DNA of 62,946 nucleotides, filler included, from Asterionella formosa (GCA_002256025.1; 22 parts of 22 records of this genome joined end to end with filler, not necessarily neighbours in it), one strand, 5' to 3'; shown: positions 22,980 to 36,060, counted from the whole stretch's first letter. The notes: generated from the sequence alone by a model not told the origin. Program-made: numbers and translations.

Positions 22980-23771
22980 ACAGATGCGTCCATTTCCAAT
23001 GCCCTTTTGCGCTATTCTCCCAATCAAACACTAAGAAAACACATTTATATGGAAACGTCCACCTCTTGTCCAGAGAATTTGCAGGTTTTGGAGTCGTTGC
23101 GGAAGGTACGACATGAGGTATCTGTGAAACAAGTATTTGAATCCTACGCTGATCGATCTTTGCGTGATAGGATGGCGCAAACACCGAAGAACGTCGAAAC
23201 CTTTCTCACTCACTTAGAACATCGAATCTCGGGATTGTACCAGCAGGATATGGCTCTTTTGGCCGATGCCAAGCGTATGATAGAGAACACAACTGATCCC
23301 TTGGAACCATGGGATATTTCGTTTTATACCACTATGATCAAGGCAAGCCGTGGACTGGATCCTAGTTTTGTTGCTGAGCACCTGACTTTACCTCAATGTA
23401 TTGATGGGATGAAGATTTTGGTTCTGAAACTCTTTGGTATTAATATGAGAGAAGAAGAAATGAACGAGATGGAACGATGGGATCATTCGGTTTCCGCTGA
23501 AGCCAAGGCCAGGAAGTTTGTCTTTTGTGATGAGACTGAGAAACCCTTGGGTTCCGTGTATTTGGATCTTCATCCAAGGCCTGGAAAGTATAGTCACGCA
23601 GCACATTTTGCGATTCGATGTGGTTGTTCATTAGGCTTGAATTCCAAAGAATATCAACTTCCAGTTGTGGCACTTGTTTGCAACTTGCAAGCGCCTCAAA
23701 CTGGTTATGCTGCACTGTTGAGCCATATTGAAGTCGAAACGTTGTTTCATGAATTTGGTCATGCCTTTTGA
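22980..23771 (+). pseudogene. MIPEP: Mitochondrial intermediate peptidase (peptidase M3A) fragment, truncated right after HEFGH
   Basis: EPWDISFY, YLDLHPRPGKYSHAAHFAIRCG, LPVVALVCN, EVETLFHEFGHA, then F-TGA followed by TA-CCGG-TA and repeat sequence. Confidence 0.8.
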
Positions 23772-24277
23772 TACCGGTACCAGGGTTTTTTGTAGTTTAC
23801 CTTTGTACACAGTGCTAGTTGACTGCTAGTACACTAGCTTTCACTACGGTCTTAAAAGGTTGCACTGGGGGTTGAATTTTTTGCATGTACCACCCTGGTA
23901 CTGGTACCACTACCGGTACTCCAGTACGAGGTACCAGGTACCCCTGGTAGAATTTCTTGGACAATACCATGGCATACTGCAGGGTTCCATCGGTCCGTTG
24001 GTAGAATATTCTACCAAAATGTGAAAAAAAATTCTACCCCCAGTACTACTGGGTAGAATTTTTGCCTGTCTCTATACCATATTTTCACCACGGTCAAGCA
24101 AGGGAGGGGTACTGGACTGTATTGACCTGTCCAGAATAGAACACTACCGGAGCCCTACAGAAAAATACTACTTTGGTAGAATTTCGTCAATAATGTACTA
24201 GTACACCGAAAGTTTGCTTGCTTTGTTCTTATGTAGTAAGGGACAAGGTCCCAGTAAATGAGTACTACCGGTAGTCG

Positions 24278-24683
24278 TGTCAAGAATATTAGCCCGAGTC
24301 ACAAGGATTGTGGACTCGATTGTAATCGAACGAGTCGAATATTGCATTGCCACGTCAATCAGCTGTCTAACGAGATCAGAGATTGAAGATTTCTATGGAA
24401 ATTTTAAGTGGAAACTCGAAGAGAGTCTTAGAATGACTTTGCAGGAAGCAAAGATGCATGGAAAGGAAACATTTAGTTTAGCTTATAATTTAATTTGAGA
24501 TTTAGATTATCAACCGAGGAAACAGTGTGTTAATTGACAGTAAGGTCAATTAGTCTATCTAGCAGGAAGGCTAGAAGCAGAGACAAGAGAGAAAGTAAGT
24601 GGTACTAGGTAGTACTACGATCACGTAAGAGTCTACGTGAAGAGAGACCCAACCCGCGGGAAGGAGTACGGACCATTTCAACA
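24278..24683 (+). mobile_element. Solo LTR of the copia family in 20110-21880
   Basis: TGTCAAG...TTTCAACA, 406 bp, flanked by tagtcg and cagtcg, with no internal sequence on either side. Confidence 0.9.
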
Positions 24684-25845
24684 CAGTCGTAGTACCGGTA
24701 AGTAATTTAGCCTCAAGACGAGCGAGTACGAGAAATTCCGCCCTCCAATGGAAAATGAAAAATGTTTTGTTGACTTTGACTTAAATTGATCTTCTGGTCC
24801 TGTGGGTGGTGTGGGGGTGCCGCAGCTTCTCGAGGTGGAGTTGCTGATGAGAAATTTGCTGAATCTAACCTGCTTGGCAAATCTTATCGTCCGTCATGAT
24901 AATATGCATGGTCATTGTTGAACTTCTTGGCCAGAAGGCGGGTATAGCTAAGTATAGCTAGTATTCCCTTCATTTTTCGCTGAGGCCGGAGTATCCACAT
25001 ATCTTACCCAGAATGTTGCAGAATGTTGTATTCTGACTGTCTATATCGAGTCAGATACTAACAGGTCGAAGGAAGCCAGCGTATGCAGCCAAATTGATAC
25101 CAAAGTGCACATGAGAGTATGATATGCATATAGTACTACCGGTATGAATAATGTATCATTGTATAGGTAGCACGGGCGTGGTATGGTAAACTAGGTACCA
25201 CCTACCTTGTTCCTTTCATTCCAGACTGAGACGAGCAAACAATGGGTACTAGATGTTGGCCACTTGTGCACTGCAATCTGCAGTTCATTCGCTTGGTACG
25301 CACATTGTCATTGTTTTTGTCTTGTCATCAGCTCTCTCATGGTAAAGCAGCTCAAACTTGGCAGAAAATAACGTCACATTAGACTGGGAATAAGGTAAAC
25401 AGAGTTGATGGTACAAATGTAACCAGTCTAGGCCACCAAGCAAAGATGGCAAGTGGACTCAGTTTTTTTGGCTCAAGTTGCTTTGACAAGAAGGATGGGA
25501 ACATGGGAACATGGGAACGTACTGTATGTTTTCCTCAACTCGCTCTGATGAGATTGAGAGTGACTAAAATTCACAATATCGATACAGACAGCCAGCTATT
25601 GCTTTCATGCGCGCACTACTGGCTGGCTACGAAAGTATTTTGAGCATTTTGAGCATGTTGAGTGAGAGCGAATCTGAGAAAGCCAGCCCTTGCTTTTTTG
25701 AAATCGACCACAATCCCTTGTTGTGCGTGCACACTCTCCATGTTCNNNNNNNNNNNNNNNNNNNNNNNNNNNNNNNNNNNNNNNNNNNNTTAATTAATTA
25801 ANNNNNNNNNNNNNNNNNNNNNNNNNNNNNNNNNNNNNNNNNNNN

Positions 25846-26860
25846 TGTGATGCTTGTGATGACTGTGGGCTATTGGAAGTAACAGAGGTAACCGTACTTG
25901 TGTCCGATGTAGTAGCCTGTGCCTGTGCATGGCTTCCTTGGGCCTTGTTGATTGCCCGTTCCTCTTTGGGTTAATTCTTCTCACGACATCATGGTGATTT
26001 ATGTCCAGCTCTTCCACAGTAGTAAGCAACATTATCCTTCTAGTTGTGCAAACGATAAGTTCACATCTTCATCGACTTCGAAGCATCCTTTGATCCCTAT
26101 CTTTTCTTGAGATCCCCTGGATTCATGCAACCGTTTGGTTTAGTTGCAATGTCGATGACTGTTGAGTGTTCAGCCCAGTCATAATTGATCTGTATTTGGC
26201 CTGGTATAAATAGGCCTGGAATTGACTTCATGCCTGTTCTCGAAATTTATCTTGTAGCTTGATATTTGTCTCATAGTACCCATCCATGGCGACAATGAAA
26301 TTGGTTAGCATAATGAGTCCTCCAATGTGTGACTTGAGCACATCTCGTGCCACACGAGATCTCTTGGTATAGTCCTGTAGACCTTTTGCGTTGTAGTTAA
26401 ATTCGTTTTCATTGCATCTAAAATGATCGACATTGAATATCGATTCTCTTGATAAGTTAGTGCGTGTTCTTTAATTGCAAAAAGTAGGTTATTGGGTCAT
26501 TTTTGATCCTATTATAATCCAATCTCGCTTTGATCTTGTTCTTCATGGCTTTGTTGCATCTTTCCCAGAGCAATGCTTATGCCTTGGTGTTATTATTTTC
26601 ATAGGTCAGTAACCTCTTTCTTTACGCATCATAATTGCAAAAAGCAACAAGGTAATTGGATTATTTTTGATTTTATATAATCCAATCTTGCTTCAATCTT
26701 GTTTTTCATAGCCTTGTTGCATCTTTCCCAGAGCCACGCATACGCCTTGATATTGTTATTGTTGTATTTATATACTCTTTTATTGTAGGCGATCATCATC
26801 TGTGGTTGCAAGGCTCACTTGCATTTTTGGCATCCATGCTGAGTTGCTCATTGGTTCAAA
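25846..26860 (-). mobile_element. Degenerate copia gag, homologous to 43069-43773, with an internal duplication
   Basis: The NN..KAYA.LWERCNKAMKNKI.ARLDY segment is present twice (~26510-26605 and ~26675-26770). Also DYTKRSRVARDVLKSHIGG. Many stops. Confidence 0.8.
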
Positions 26861-29142
26861 TAACTCAACAACAACAATAATCAGAACCACAGCAAGACCA
26901 TCTACAATGTATGGAATACCAAAAACTCTTTAAATCAAATTCTGGCACAGAAACACAGCTATCGACAGCACCATATGAACCAACTAACAATGCAATGAAT
27001 AACTCTAGGCAATCCAAGGCAGCAGGCAATAGCATCAACAACGAATACAATTGGAGTCATAGATACACTCCATCATTGAAGGGACTCACTCTAAGATGGG
27101 AATGGTTGGAGAAATGTCACGCTTGGGCACATCATTGGCCCCCTAAAATTCATCATATTTGCTCTGTGTCTATCCAGGCAAGTGCGATTATTAGCTTAGT
27201 TTTAATGTACTTTAAAATTTGATTTATCTTTCTCTTGTCTCCGGACTCTCCACAGTCCGCCTGCTGTTGATTGTGATATTATGGCTCTTCCTGATCAGTT
27301 AATTCAATTAAAACTGTTGAAATTGCGTCCCAAAGACTTCTATTGCGTATCTTGTCGGCTACCTAATGTTTCAGGATGCACCCATCAGCCATATGTATAC
27401 TGGTAGCATTTTACACCGGTAACCCCCCAGGAGTACCAGGTACCATGATCGTACAAAGTGTAGCAGGGTTTGAAGGTAAAATGTACCAGGTACCATGGTA
27501 CCAGCAACTTTTGAAACCCTGATACGGCGCGTTGTACTCCGAGTACAATTCTATTTTGTGATTCTCAACATCACGCTTCCACCCCGCTTTCCCTTCCACG
27601 TAATATCATTACTCTACAACAATGGTCCTTCATCGTTCTGTTTGTGAGTTCCTTCGGATGATGGTTCTTCTTTTTGCTGGAAAAAGTCAAGACTACATAT
27701 ACCGGTACCGGAATAGATAGTTAGTAACACCACTACCGGTATTTCAAAAATGATCCTAACTATTACAGATAGGGTACCTGGTACGGTTCTTTAAATCCAG
27801 AACGAAGGATATGCGGTTTTTCACTTTGGCCAGAAAAGACTAATTCCTTACGTTTCCTGAAATTTCCTGAAGTTTCCTTAAGTTTTCCTGAAAGTCATAG
27901 TCATTTCCTGAAATTTATAGGAATTTCCTGAAAGTCATAATGCTTCCTGAATGTCAAAGTCTTATGCTGGGTGTTCTCGTTTTTTCAATTAGAAGAATTC
28001 CGCTGTTTAATTTGTTAAATCGTGCTATGAATAGAAGATGTTCTTTATACGTTATAAAATATGTCGATGACCGGTAACATGTTGTCCGTTTCAGGAAAAT
28101 GACCGCTGGTTGAATGTACAACAACGAGATGCGGTCATTTTGCTTAAATAAACAAATCGATATCGGATAAAAGCATAAATCCTAAGTTCAGCAAAATTAC
28201 CGCAACTTGCTGGTGGATCGTTTTGAATACGTCGTCATCACATAAGGGGAATACCGGTATTTAGTTCTTAAGTAATTTCTTTTTAATTTCTTATTAGCCA
28301 ATTTGCAAACCACCTTTATACCGTTACCGGTGCCAGGTACCAGTTCTCAAATTTATTGGGATCAATGATACCGCCCACTCTGCTTGCGCCTGATCGGCCA
28401 TTTGGAAGGAATTTCATAGCTGCATCATCAGCATCAGCCAAGCAACAAAAATAAAAAAACGTCGCTGCATGTAATCCAAACTTGACTACTCCATCCAATC
28501 TTCTGTTAGGGTAGTAACAATATCATCTGTTTGGTGGATAGAGCGTTGGTGGAGGCTGCTTGCTTGTCAGAAAAGCAAACGGTTGTGGAGGCGAAGGTAA
28601 GTTCATTGCGGCNNNNNNNNNNNNNNNNNNNNNNNNNNNNNNNNNNNNNNNNNNNNTTAATTAATTAANNNNNNNNNNNNNNNNNNNNNNNNNNNNNNNN
28701 NNNNNNNNNNNNTCAGGAAAGGCAGAGTTCGGAATAGAAGAGTTTGTTTTGTTGAGGCTTTCGTGTTTTGCTTGACAGTCTGGGCTGGCTAAAGCACAAC
28801 GGTTTTTAGGGTTTCGAGATATGGAAGTTCAGCCAATTCGTTTGCATCATCGAAACAAACGAGACTGTTTAGAGGTACAGGTACATATGTACCGGTAGGT
28901 AAACATCAACGATCAGGCCGCCAGCCGCCCAAGAAAAATAGCTGATGCTGTAAAACTCCTACTAAGTATGGTAACTGGTTCATACATGTCATTTCTTATT
29001 ATACAGACCTCATGATCAATGTATACTGCTACTACTGTATGTGGCAAAAGGGAAGTAAAATCATACGTAACGTACACATACAGTACATGCTGTGTCTTTT
29101 TGTACATAGAATACAGTATATGTAGTACGCACCGGTAAATGG

Positions 29143-29336
29143 TGAGCGATCCAGCGCATCAATCCAAGCATATATAGGGTTAGGGTTATATCAAAAAATC
29201 AGAACCCAACAACAAGAGCACTTGACTAACATCTATTGTATACTTTGGTGTCAACTAAGAGAACCAGTTGATTATCAAGATTAAATAATAAACTCATACA
29301 TTTAACAAACACTACTACTTCTAGTTAGATACTTCA
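29143..29336 (+). mobile_element. Gypsy LTR (short, ~195 bp)
   Basis: TGAGCGATC...AGATACTTCA, homologous to 32197-32394 and 47947-48119. Confidence 0.8.
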
Positions 29337-29470
29337 CTTTGAATTCAAAAAGAGTCCAATTAGAACAGAACAAACATGGCAGTTATTCAAGGATTCCTGC
29401 TGTCCTCATTCCCTTGATCAATGATTTCAATGTATTGAGCATGTCTCATGTCAGTAATCACCTGGATAAT

Positions 29471-29705
29471 ATTGTGTATTTATGAGATTATTTGTTAATC
29501 CTAGTGTGCAACTTGTTCTCCTAGGTTGACACTAAAGTATTCAATAGCAGGTGCTGTTGGTCAAGTTCTGCTCCTGATAGAGTTCGATAAAATCCATGTA
29601 ACCCTAACCCTATAGGTGTGTGTGAAGTCGAGCGGGATTGCTCACTCTCACCAAGGGAAAATTTTCACCTATGAAAAGGTTTGATATGAAAATCTTAATT
29701 CATTT
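29471..29705 (-). mobile_element. Gypsy 3' end: integrase C-terminus, PPT and partial LTR
   Basis: Minus strand reads ...IKPFHR*, cccttggtgagag, then TGAGCAATC (LTR start at 29644). Confidence 0.75.
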
Positions 29706-30016
29706 AGCTATATGCAAAGTTCGTTGATATATCCATGCTGGGATATATTGAATCCAATTGAAATATCCCGCATAGCAAAAAAGCGGTGGTATCCAGACTA
29801 TAATTATCCTGTAAATAATAAATGCTATCCAGGTAATGATTGAAATGAGACATTTTCAATGTTTCTTCATATATACAATAATAGCATCGCTATCGTCTCA
29901 GCACATGTGCGATCTGTTCAGCATTCTGCTGGGGTTTCAAGGCATTAAGCCACTAGTAGTAGTACATCACACGATTGCCTTCAGAAATGCGAAGTCGATC
30001 TTTTAGTTTAAAATTT

Positions 30017-30228
30017 ACACCAGTCCCGCTTGGTTTCTTTTGATGGATCATTGAATTGCCTCCAATTATAAAGATGATTTTGTGTTAGAAATATGACACC
30101 AGTCACGCTTGGTTAGTTGATGCGTTGATGCATCAAATGATTGCCCACAACTATATGAAGATAATCTTGTGTTAGAAAATTGATACCAGCCAGTCACGCT
30201 TGGTTAGTTGATGCATCACATGATTGCC
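30017..30228. repeat. Degenerate ~80-90-bp tandem repeat, about 2.5 copies
   Basis: ccagtc(c/a)cgcttggtt...attgcc...tgtgttagaaa recurs at ~30020, ~30099 and ~30190. Confidence 0.75.
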
Positions 30229-31579
30229 TTCATCAAATACTGATTTGTTTTATGGTTGAAAACTCATGCTTGGGAATGTTCTAGCTGAGACAATCCTTGA
30301 ATGATTATTGACTGTTGAAGTAAATCAAAACCAAGTGAATGAATTGGTAAGTATCTTTCATTATATGATTCAATTCAAATTCTTCCTGCCAGCTATCATG
30401 CATTGTTCACAGAGAAAATGACAATGACGCTTCAATCTTTCTTGGGCTAGGTCACTTGATAAGCAAACCATCTTCCAGTTGCCGAATACCATTACCAGTC
30501 GTAGTAGTACCAGGTGAAAATGATTTTGATAATCAGAACACTAATTGGATTTAATAAATGATGATTTGTTGACATTATAGAAAAATCCTTAAGAGAGCCA
30601 ATTTTCGCAATTTCGCGCGCGTCGACAGCAACCTTTGGGCTGTAATAAGTATTTAACAACTTACCCAATGCAGCAATACAAGTACGTAATTATTTACTCG
30701 CTATATAAATCTGAACAACTCCTTCGTCACAATAATTAACGTATCTTGCAAACAAAGTTCAAACCGTGCTTTTACTCCGTTTAGCAGTGGCTTACAGTTT
30801 GAAGATGACTGATGCAGACCATTCCCACTTGCACTTACATCTACAGGGTTTCATGAAGAATAAAAAAGGAACGTTAGCTGCGTACCCTATAACGTCAGCA
30901 GGAGTTCACTTCTGGAGAGAAGCGGCAGTCATCCCTCCTCGTAGAGTTTTTAAAAGCTTTTCAGCCCCTTTTTTGGAATAGTTACAATTCCTAGAAGGAT
31001 AACTGCCACCTCTCTCACCCTTAAGTCGAGCAATGACTGTATAAAAGCATATGCAAAATGGTCGTATTGGTGAAAGCTAATTTTACCTTTAACTACTACC
31101 GGTATTTATTTAGTTGTACGTAATGTGTACATTGAGGTACATCATAAAAATACTGACCTCGCAATGTGTAACCGCGGGGCTGGAACCATAATATGTTTTT
31201 TACAACCACATATGACGTCACCTGTCGGTCGTGGTTTAGAAGCCATGAGCAATGAAGGGGGCGCTCTGATCAAGAAACCGAGAACGTACCGTACTACGTA
31301 TCCTGTACTAGTTACATAGTACCTGGGACATCCGGAAAATGTGCTTAAAACCTTTAACGGCAATAATTTGGGGATTGAATTTAATTAGCTTACTATCCAG
31401 AACTTGAAGTGTATATTGAGATCGCGTCATACAATGGCTGGCACGCTTCCGTGGAGCGAGGCTTGGCATGTGCTCTTGANNNNNNNNNNNNNNNNNNNNN
31501 NNNNNNNNNNNNNNNNNNNNNNNTTAATTAATTAANNNNNNNNNNNNNNNNNNNNNNNNNNNNNNNNNNNNNNNNNNNN

Positions 31580-32394
31580 GAGGTGAATTTACTGGTATTC
31601 CTTTCATACACATGTTAGTGTTGAATGGAATTAAAAATGGGGCTATTACAGTCAAGAATCCACAAACAAATGCTATCTGTGAAAGTTTACAACAATCTAT
31701 CAGTAATGCACAGTCTACGAGTTATGTTAATGGCTCATCCTCCAATCAAGGAATTTCAAGCTCATAATATCGTGGATACATGTTTTGCAGCTGTATCATA
31801 TGCAGCTCGAGTAACTTTTTATAGTACATGGGCGTATTTCACCAGGAATATGGCTGGTTTTTCCAACATGATATGATATCAAATATTCCTTTGATTACAG
31901 ATATGCAATAAATATTGGGATATCAATGTCGACAAATGATGATTGACAAATGTCTACGTCGTGCTAATTTCCATCGTCGTTCTTGTGATTAGAAAGTTGG
32001 TGACGAGATTTCAATCTTATTGGATAATTCTAGCTACTTCCTTGGATGACTGTGGACGAGGTCCTTATTCTAAACATTCAAGTTTATCCCAATGGTATAG
32101 TTACTTTTCAACAAACCATGCATACTACGGAACAAATTAATATTCATTTCATCAATCCTTTTCAAAGGTAAAAGGTTTTCCCTTGGTGTGGAAGAGTGAG
32201 CGATCTTGCGCATCAATACAGAAGGATATAGGGTTGGTGTTATTTCATATATGTCAGAACTCAGTAATGAAAGAACTCGACTTATCCTTATTGTATACTT
32301 TGGTGTCGACATAGTAGAGAACGAGTTGCACACAAGGACAAACTAATAAGCTCATGTATTCAACAAATACTACTACTTTTAGTTAGATACTTCA
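31580..32394 (+). mobile_element. Gypsy integrase pseudogene plus PPT and 3' LTR (32197-32394)
   Basis: GEFTG, TVKNPQTNAICE, IVDTCFAA..YA.R and EQINI..INPF*, then tggtgtggaagag|TGAGCGATC...GATACTTCA. Confidence 0.85.
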
Positions 32395-34443
32395 ACTGGT
32401 ACCAGGGTACCTAGTAGGACTGCTGGAAGGTTTGGTAAATGCTCCTGCTTCGCGCTTTTTTGGTTTCAGCCTGTCTGCAGGCAGGGCTTCGAAACTACAA
32501 CGGAGGACTGATGGAGTCGGCTGACTATCCAGCCAATTTTTTTTCCTTAAGTAAGAAGTTCAAATTAGAAGCGTAATTACGAAAAGGTGAATACTGCTAA
32601 ACCGAGCCAACTTACAATGAGCAAAAACTTAAGCAATTGAGCAAATAAGTTCGGGATAGAGCAAAAACGATAAGGTTAGAGCAAAAGCAAAAAGTCATGG
32701 GCAAAAAATAAAACCTCGATTTTTTTTAGGCTGAAACAATTTCAACTTCAGCCATTTGTCAGAATAAGAGCAACAATTACATACCGGTAGAAAATTATAT
32801 GCAATACTGGTCATTTTGAGCAGTTTTAATCATACCACCGTTAATTGCTTGAATGAGGGGCCACAAGGTAGACCCCATAGGCCTTGTATTAGCAAAAATC
32901 TGACCCTATGTATGCATTTACTGGTAATATTTTGCGCCTAAACGCCCTTGTCAAAATCACATTGACCTGTTGATTAACTCATCAATTTTACAACCTCCTG
33001 CACCGCTTGATTTGTCAAAAAATGCGTGCTATAGCAGTTACAATATAGCTACTTCAGTGATTTCACAACCATCACTGTGCAATGGACTTCGATTTCAAGG
33101 TCATCATGAATGAACTCAACCATGACAACAACGAGATCGGATGGTAAAATTATTAAAATGCACACATAAATTTCATTCATGTTTGGATGTTAATATGCAC
33201 AAAAAATTTCTAAAGCTAAACTTATGTTCTACTGGTAGCCACGATGGCTACCTAATGTATGATAGTTTCAGGATGCAGCCAGCCATATAATATTTATTTT
33301 AGTGAAAAGAATATTTTTTACATATCTCTTCATTGATAAAATCTGGCCAGCTCCTTGCATTACCGGTAGCTATTTGAAAATAGTTCGTGGGAATGCGCAA
33401 ATTGTTTTAGCTTTGAGCAAAAATTTGGGGCACGGAGCAAATTTATATAGCGACGAGCAATTCCTCTGAGCAATGAGCAAATGCTCTGAACGATGAGCAA
33501 AAATTTCGTGTATGTAGTACCACCTAAAAACTGAGAGTCATATAAAGTTTACCCCATGTTTCGACTCAAACTATTTTAGTCAAATTTCATGGTGACAACA
33601 AATCAAGTACGTAGCTAAATGTAGAACAGGCTCTCCGCTTTCAATAGGTCTGTTTAATTAGTAATGAAGCTTCATAATTCAAGAGATATGAAGTTTTAAA
33701 GTTGATGATTATGGTCGTTTTGTATGACTATCAATACATATTTTTTACTACGTACCTGAAGAAAATTTTATATTCAAATTCTGGTTTCGATTACCCTATT
33801 GTTCACTCTAAAGCTTTTTCCTGCCACAATATTATTTGTCCGTTGCATCATCTACCCATTTATTTTTAATTGTTTTCATTTTTTAAACCTTAAATAATAA
33901 TGCGTTTGCCTTTTAACTCAAATATTATTTCAGTTTTTGTGTCAATAATCTTACTTACATTCGTTTTGATGATGGTTTGATTTAGATTTATATAGGGATT
34001 ATTTATGTTTGTCACTAATTAGTGTTCTGCTTACATCAGGCTACTGGTTTGGTATTACTACTATGACAGATGTCAGCCAAGCGAGAATTTTTTGTTTGAT
34101 TGCTTGTTTGCTCCTCCACCTTGCTCCGCTTCCGCTTCCGCTTCCGCCTCCTTGTTTCGTCGCTTCCTTCATATTTCTCCTCTCAGCCAGCCACCCTTCA
34201 TATTCTTCCTTGCCCAAATCATGCAAGGCAGTGCGGCTGGAATTTCAATTTCCCCCTTATGTGCCAGCACAATTGTCAACTCCAGGCCAAGGGGGGAGAA
34301 TAGGGGGGATTGGACTCGCAGCAAGAACCACAGCAGTTTTGATNNNNNNNNNNNNNNNNNNNNNNNNNNNNNNNNNNNNNNNNNNNNTTAATTAATTAAN
34401 NNNNNNNNNNNNNNNNNNNNNNNNNNNNNNNNNNNNNNNNNNN

Positions 34444-34950
34444 GGACCAGGTATTTTTTGGAGGCACAGGGGTATGATGTACAGGAGTCTATCATATATC
34501 AAGATAACCAAAGCACTATGCTGCTGGCAATGAATGGAACAGCTTCAAGCAGCCGTCGAACACGTCACATCAATATCCGATATTTCTTTGTGGCAGACCG
34601 GGTCGCATCAGGGGAAGTGAAAATAGAATACTGCCCAACTGCACAAATGTTAGCCGACTATTTTACAAAGCCTTTGCAGGGGAATCTATTCCGCACAATG
34701 CGGAACATGATCATGAATGTTAATCCTACATCAGACCACACTTATGCCATGCAGGATTATAGGAGTGTGTTGAATATGTGTAACGGACATGTTGGTAACG
34801 GTTACACCAATTACACCGATATTGACAATGACCGCACCAACCATGCCAGCATGCAAGCTAACGAACAAGAGTGGATCACAGCTGAACCAAGGAATATCAG
34901 GATTAGAGATAGTGTGTCTGGTACCAGCGAAACTGGCTCACTTTAATTTA
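34444..34950 (+). mobile_element. Ty1/copia RNase H end, PPT and start of the 3' LTR (34768)
   Basis: IYQDNQST, RTRHINIRYFFV.D and YCPT..MLADYFTKPLQG, then aggagtg|TGTTG. Confidence 0.9.
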
Positions 34951-35560
34951 ATTATTTGGTTTTATAAACGATACCATCCTGGTGTGCTTTTTATCGTCGG
35001 ATTCGTTGTTTTATGGACACGAAGACATATTGAGAACATTGTGGTTTCAACACCCAATGTATCGAAGTCACAATGTTTTTCGTAATGTATTGCGAAAACT
35101 TTCTTTTCTTGTCATGTGCTTTACTACGACGTATCTTTTCATGAAGCAGCAGGCATTGTTTGTTAACATGACAGAACGATTTCAAAAATATATATGCCAT
35201 GTATATAGTAATAAAATTTGTAAATATATATATATATTAAGCGTTGAACATTTATAAAATTCAAATGCGCTCTCGATATGGAACATCTGATATGGTTGAG
35301 ATGATCATACTCGCATATAAATAATTCGAAAATACTCAATGAACTATATGTCCATTGTTTTCCACGACTACGTGTACCGTGTAAGTCATAACCGCCAGGG
35401 TTATGGTGGCAAATTGTTTAAGCCCCTTTTTTGGTTGGGAGCTCTTCATGTGTACCGGTACATCATATGACAATAACAATATATCATATATATATGCAGA
35501 GTACCAGTAGCAGGTAGTAAGTGATATACTGGGGGTAGTCGGAGTAGTAAACTAGCAACA

Positions 35561-36034
35561 GAACACCATATGTTCAGGACTGTTGCTACAGGAGTGGGAC
35601 AGTAAATCATCATAGTTTTAGGATCATATGATCGTAAAACTAAAGCAAAAGAGAACATCATATGTTCAGGACTGTTGCAACTACAGTGGGACAGTAAATT
35701 ATCATAGTTTTAGGATCATATAATCGTAAAACTAAAACCAAATAGAACATCATATGTTCAGGACTGTTGCTACTACCGTAGGACAGTAAAGCATCATAGT
35801 TTTAGGATCGTATGATCGTAAAACTAAATCCCAAAAGAACACCATATGTTCAGGACTGTTGCTACTGCAGTGGGACAGTAAATTATCATAGTTTTTATAA
35901 CAGTAAGACAGTAAATCATCATAGTTTTAGGATTGTATGATCGTGAAACTGAAAAGCGGTAGTCGGAGAAGCTAATAAGCAAGCAATAGAACACCATATG
36001 TCTATGACTGTTGCTACTGCAGCGGGACAGTAAA
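35561..36034. repeat. 92-bp tandem repeat, about 5 copies
   Basis: gaaca(c/t)catatgttcaggactgttgc...ggacagtaaa..atcatagttttaggatc starts at 35561, 35653, 35745 and 35837, with a diverged copy at 35989. Confidence 0.9.
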
Positions 36035-36060
36035 TGAATTTAAGATCATCGAACTTTAAG

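Noticed and set aside
29176..29190. Telomere
   Set aside because: Only two TTAGGG-like units, internal to an LTR and not at a contig end.
32610..33505. GAGCAA motif clusters (and TTTCCTGAA clusters at 27840-27955)
   Set aside because: Probably subterminal repeats of non-autonomous DNA transposons, but I could not define TIRs or TSDs.
35561..36034. CRISPR-like repeat/spacer array
   Set aside because: The units are near-identical along their whole 92 bp with only a 10-nt related variable core. There are no unique spacers, no cas genes, and the context is eukaryotic.
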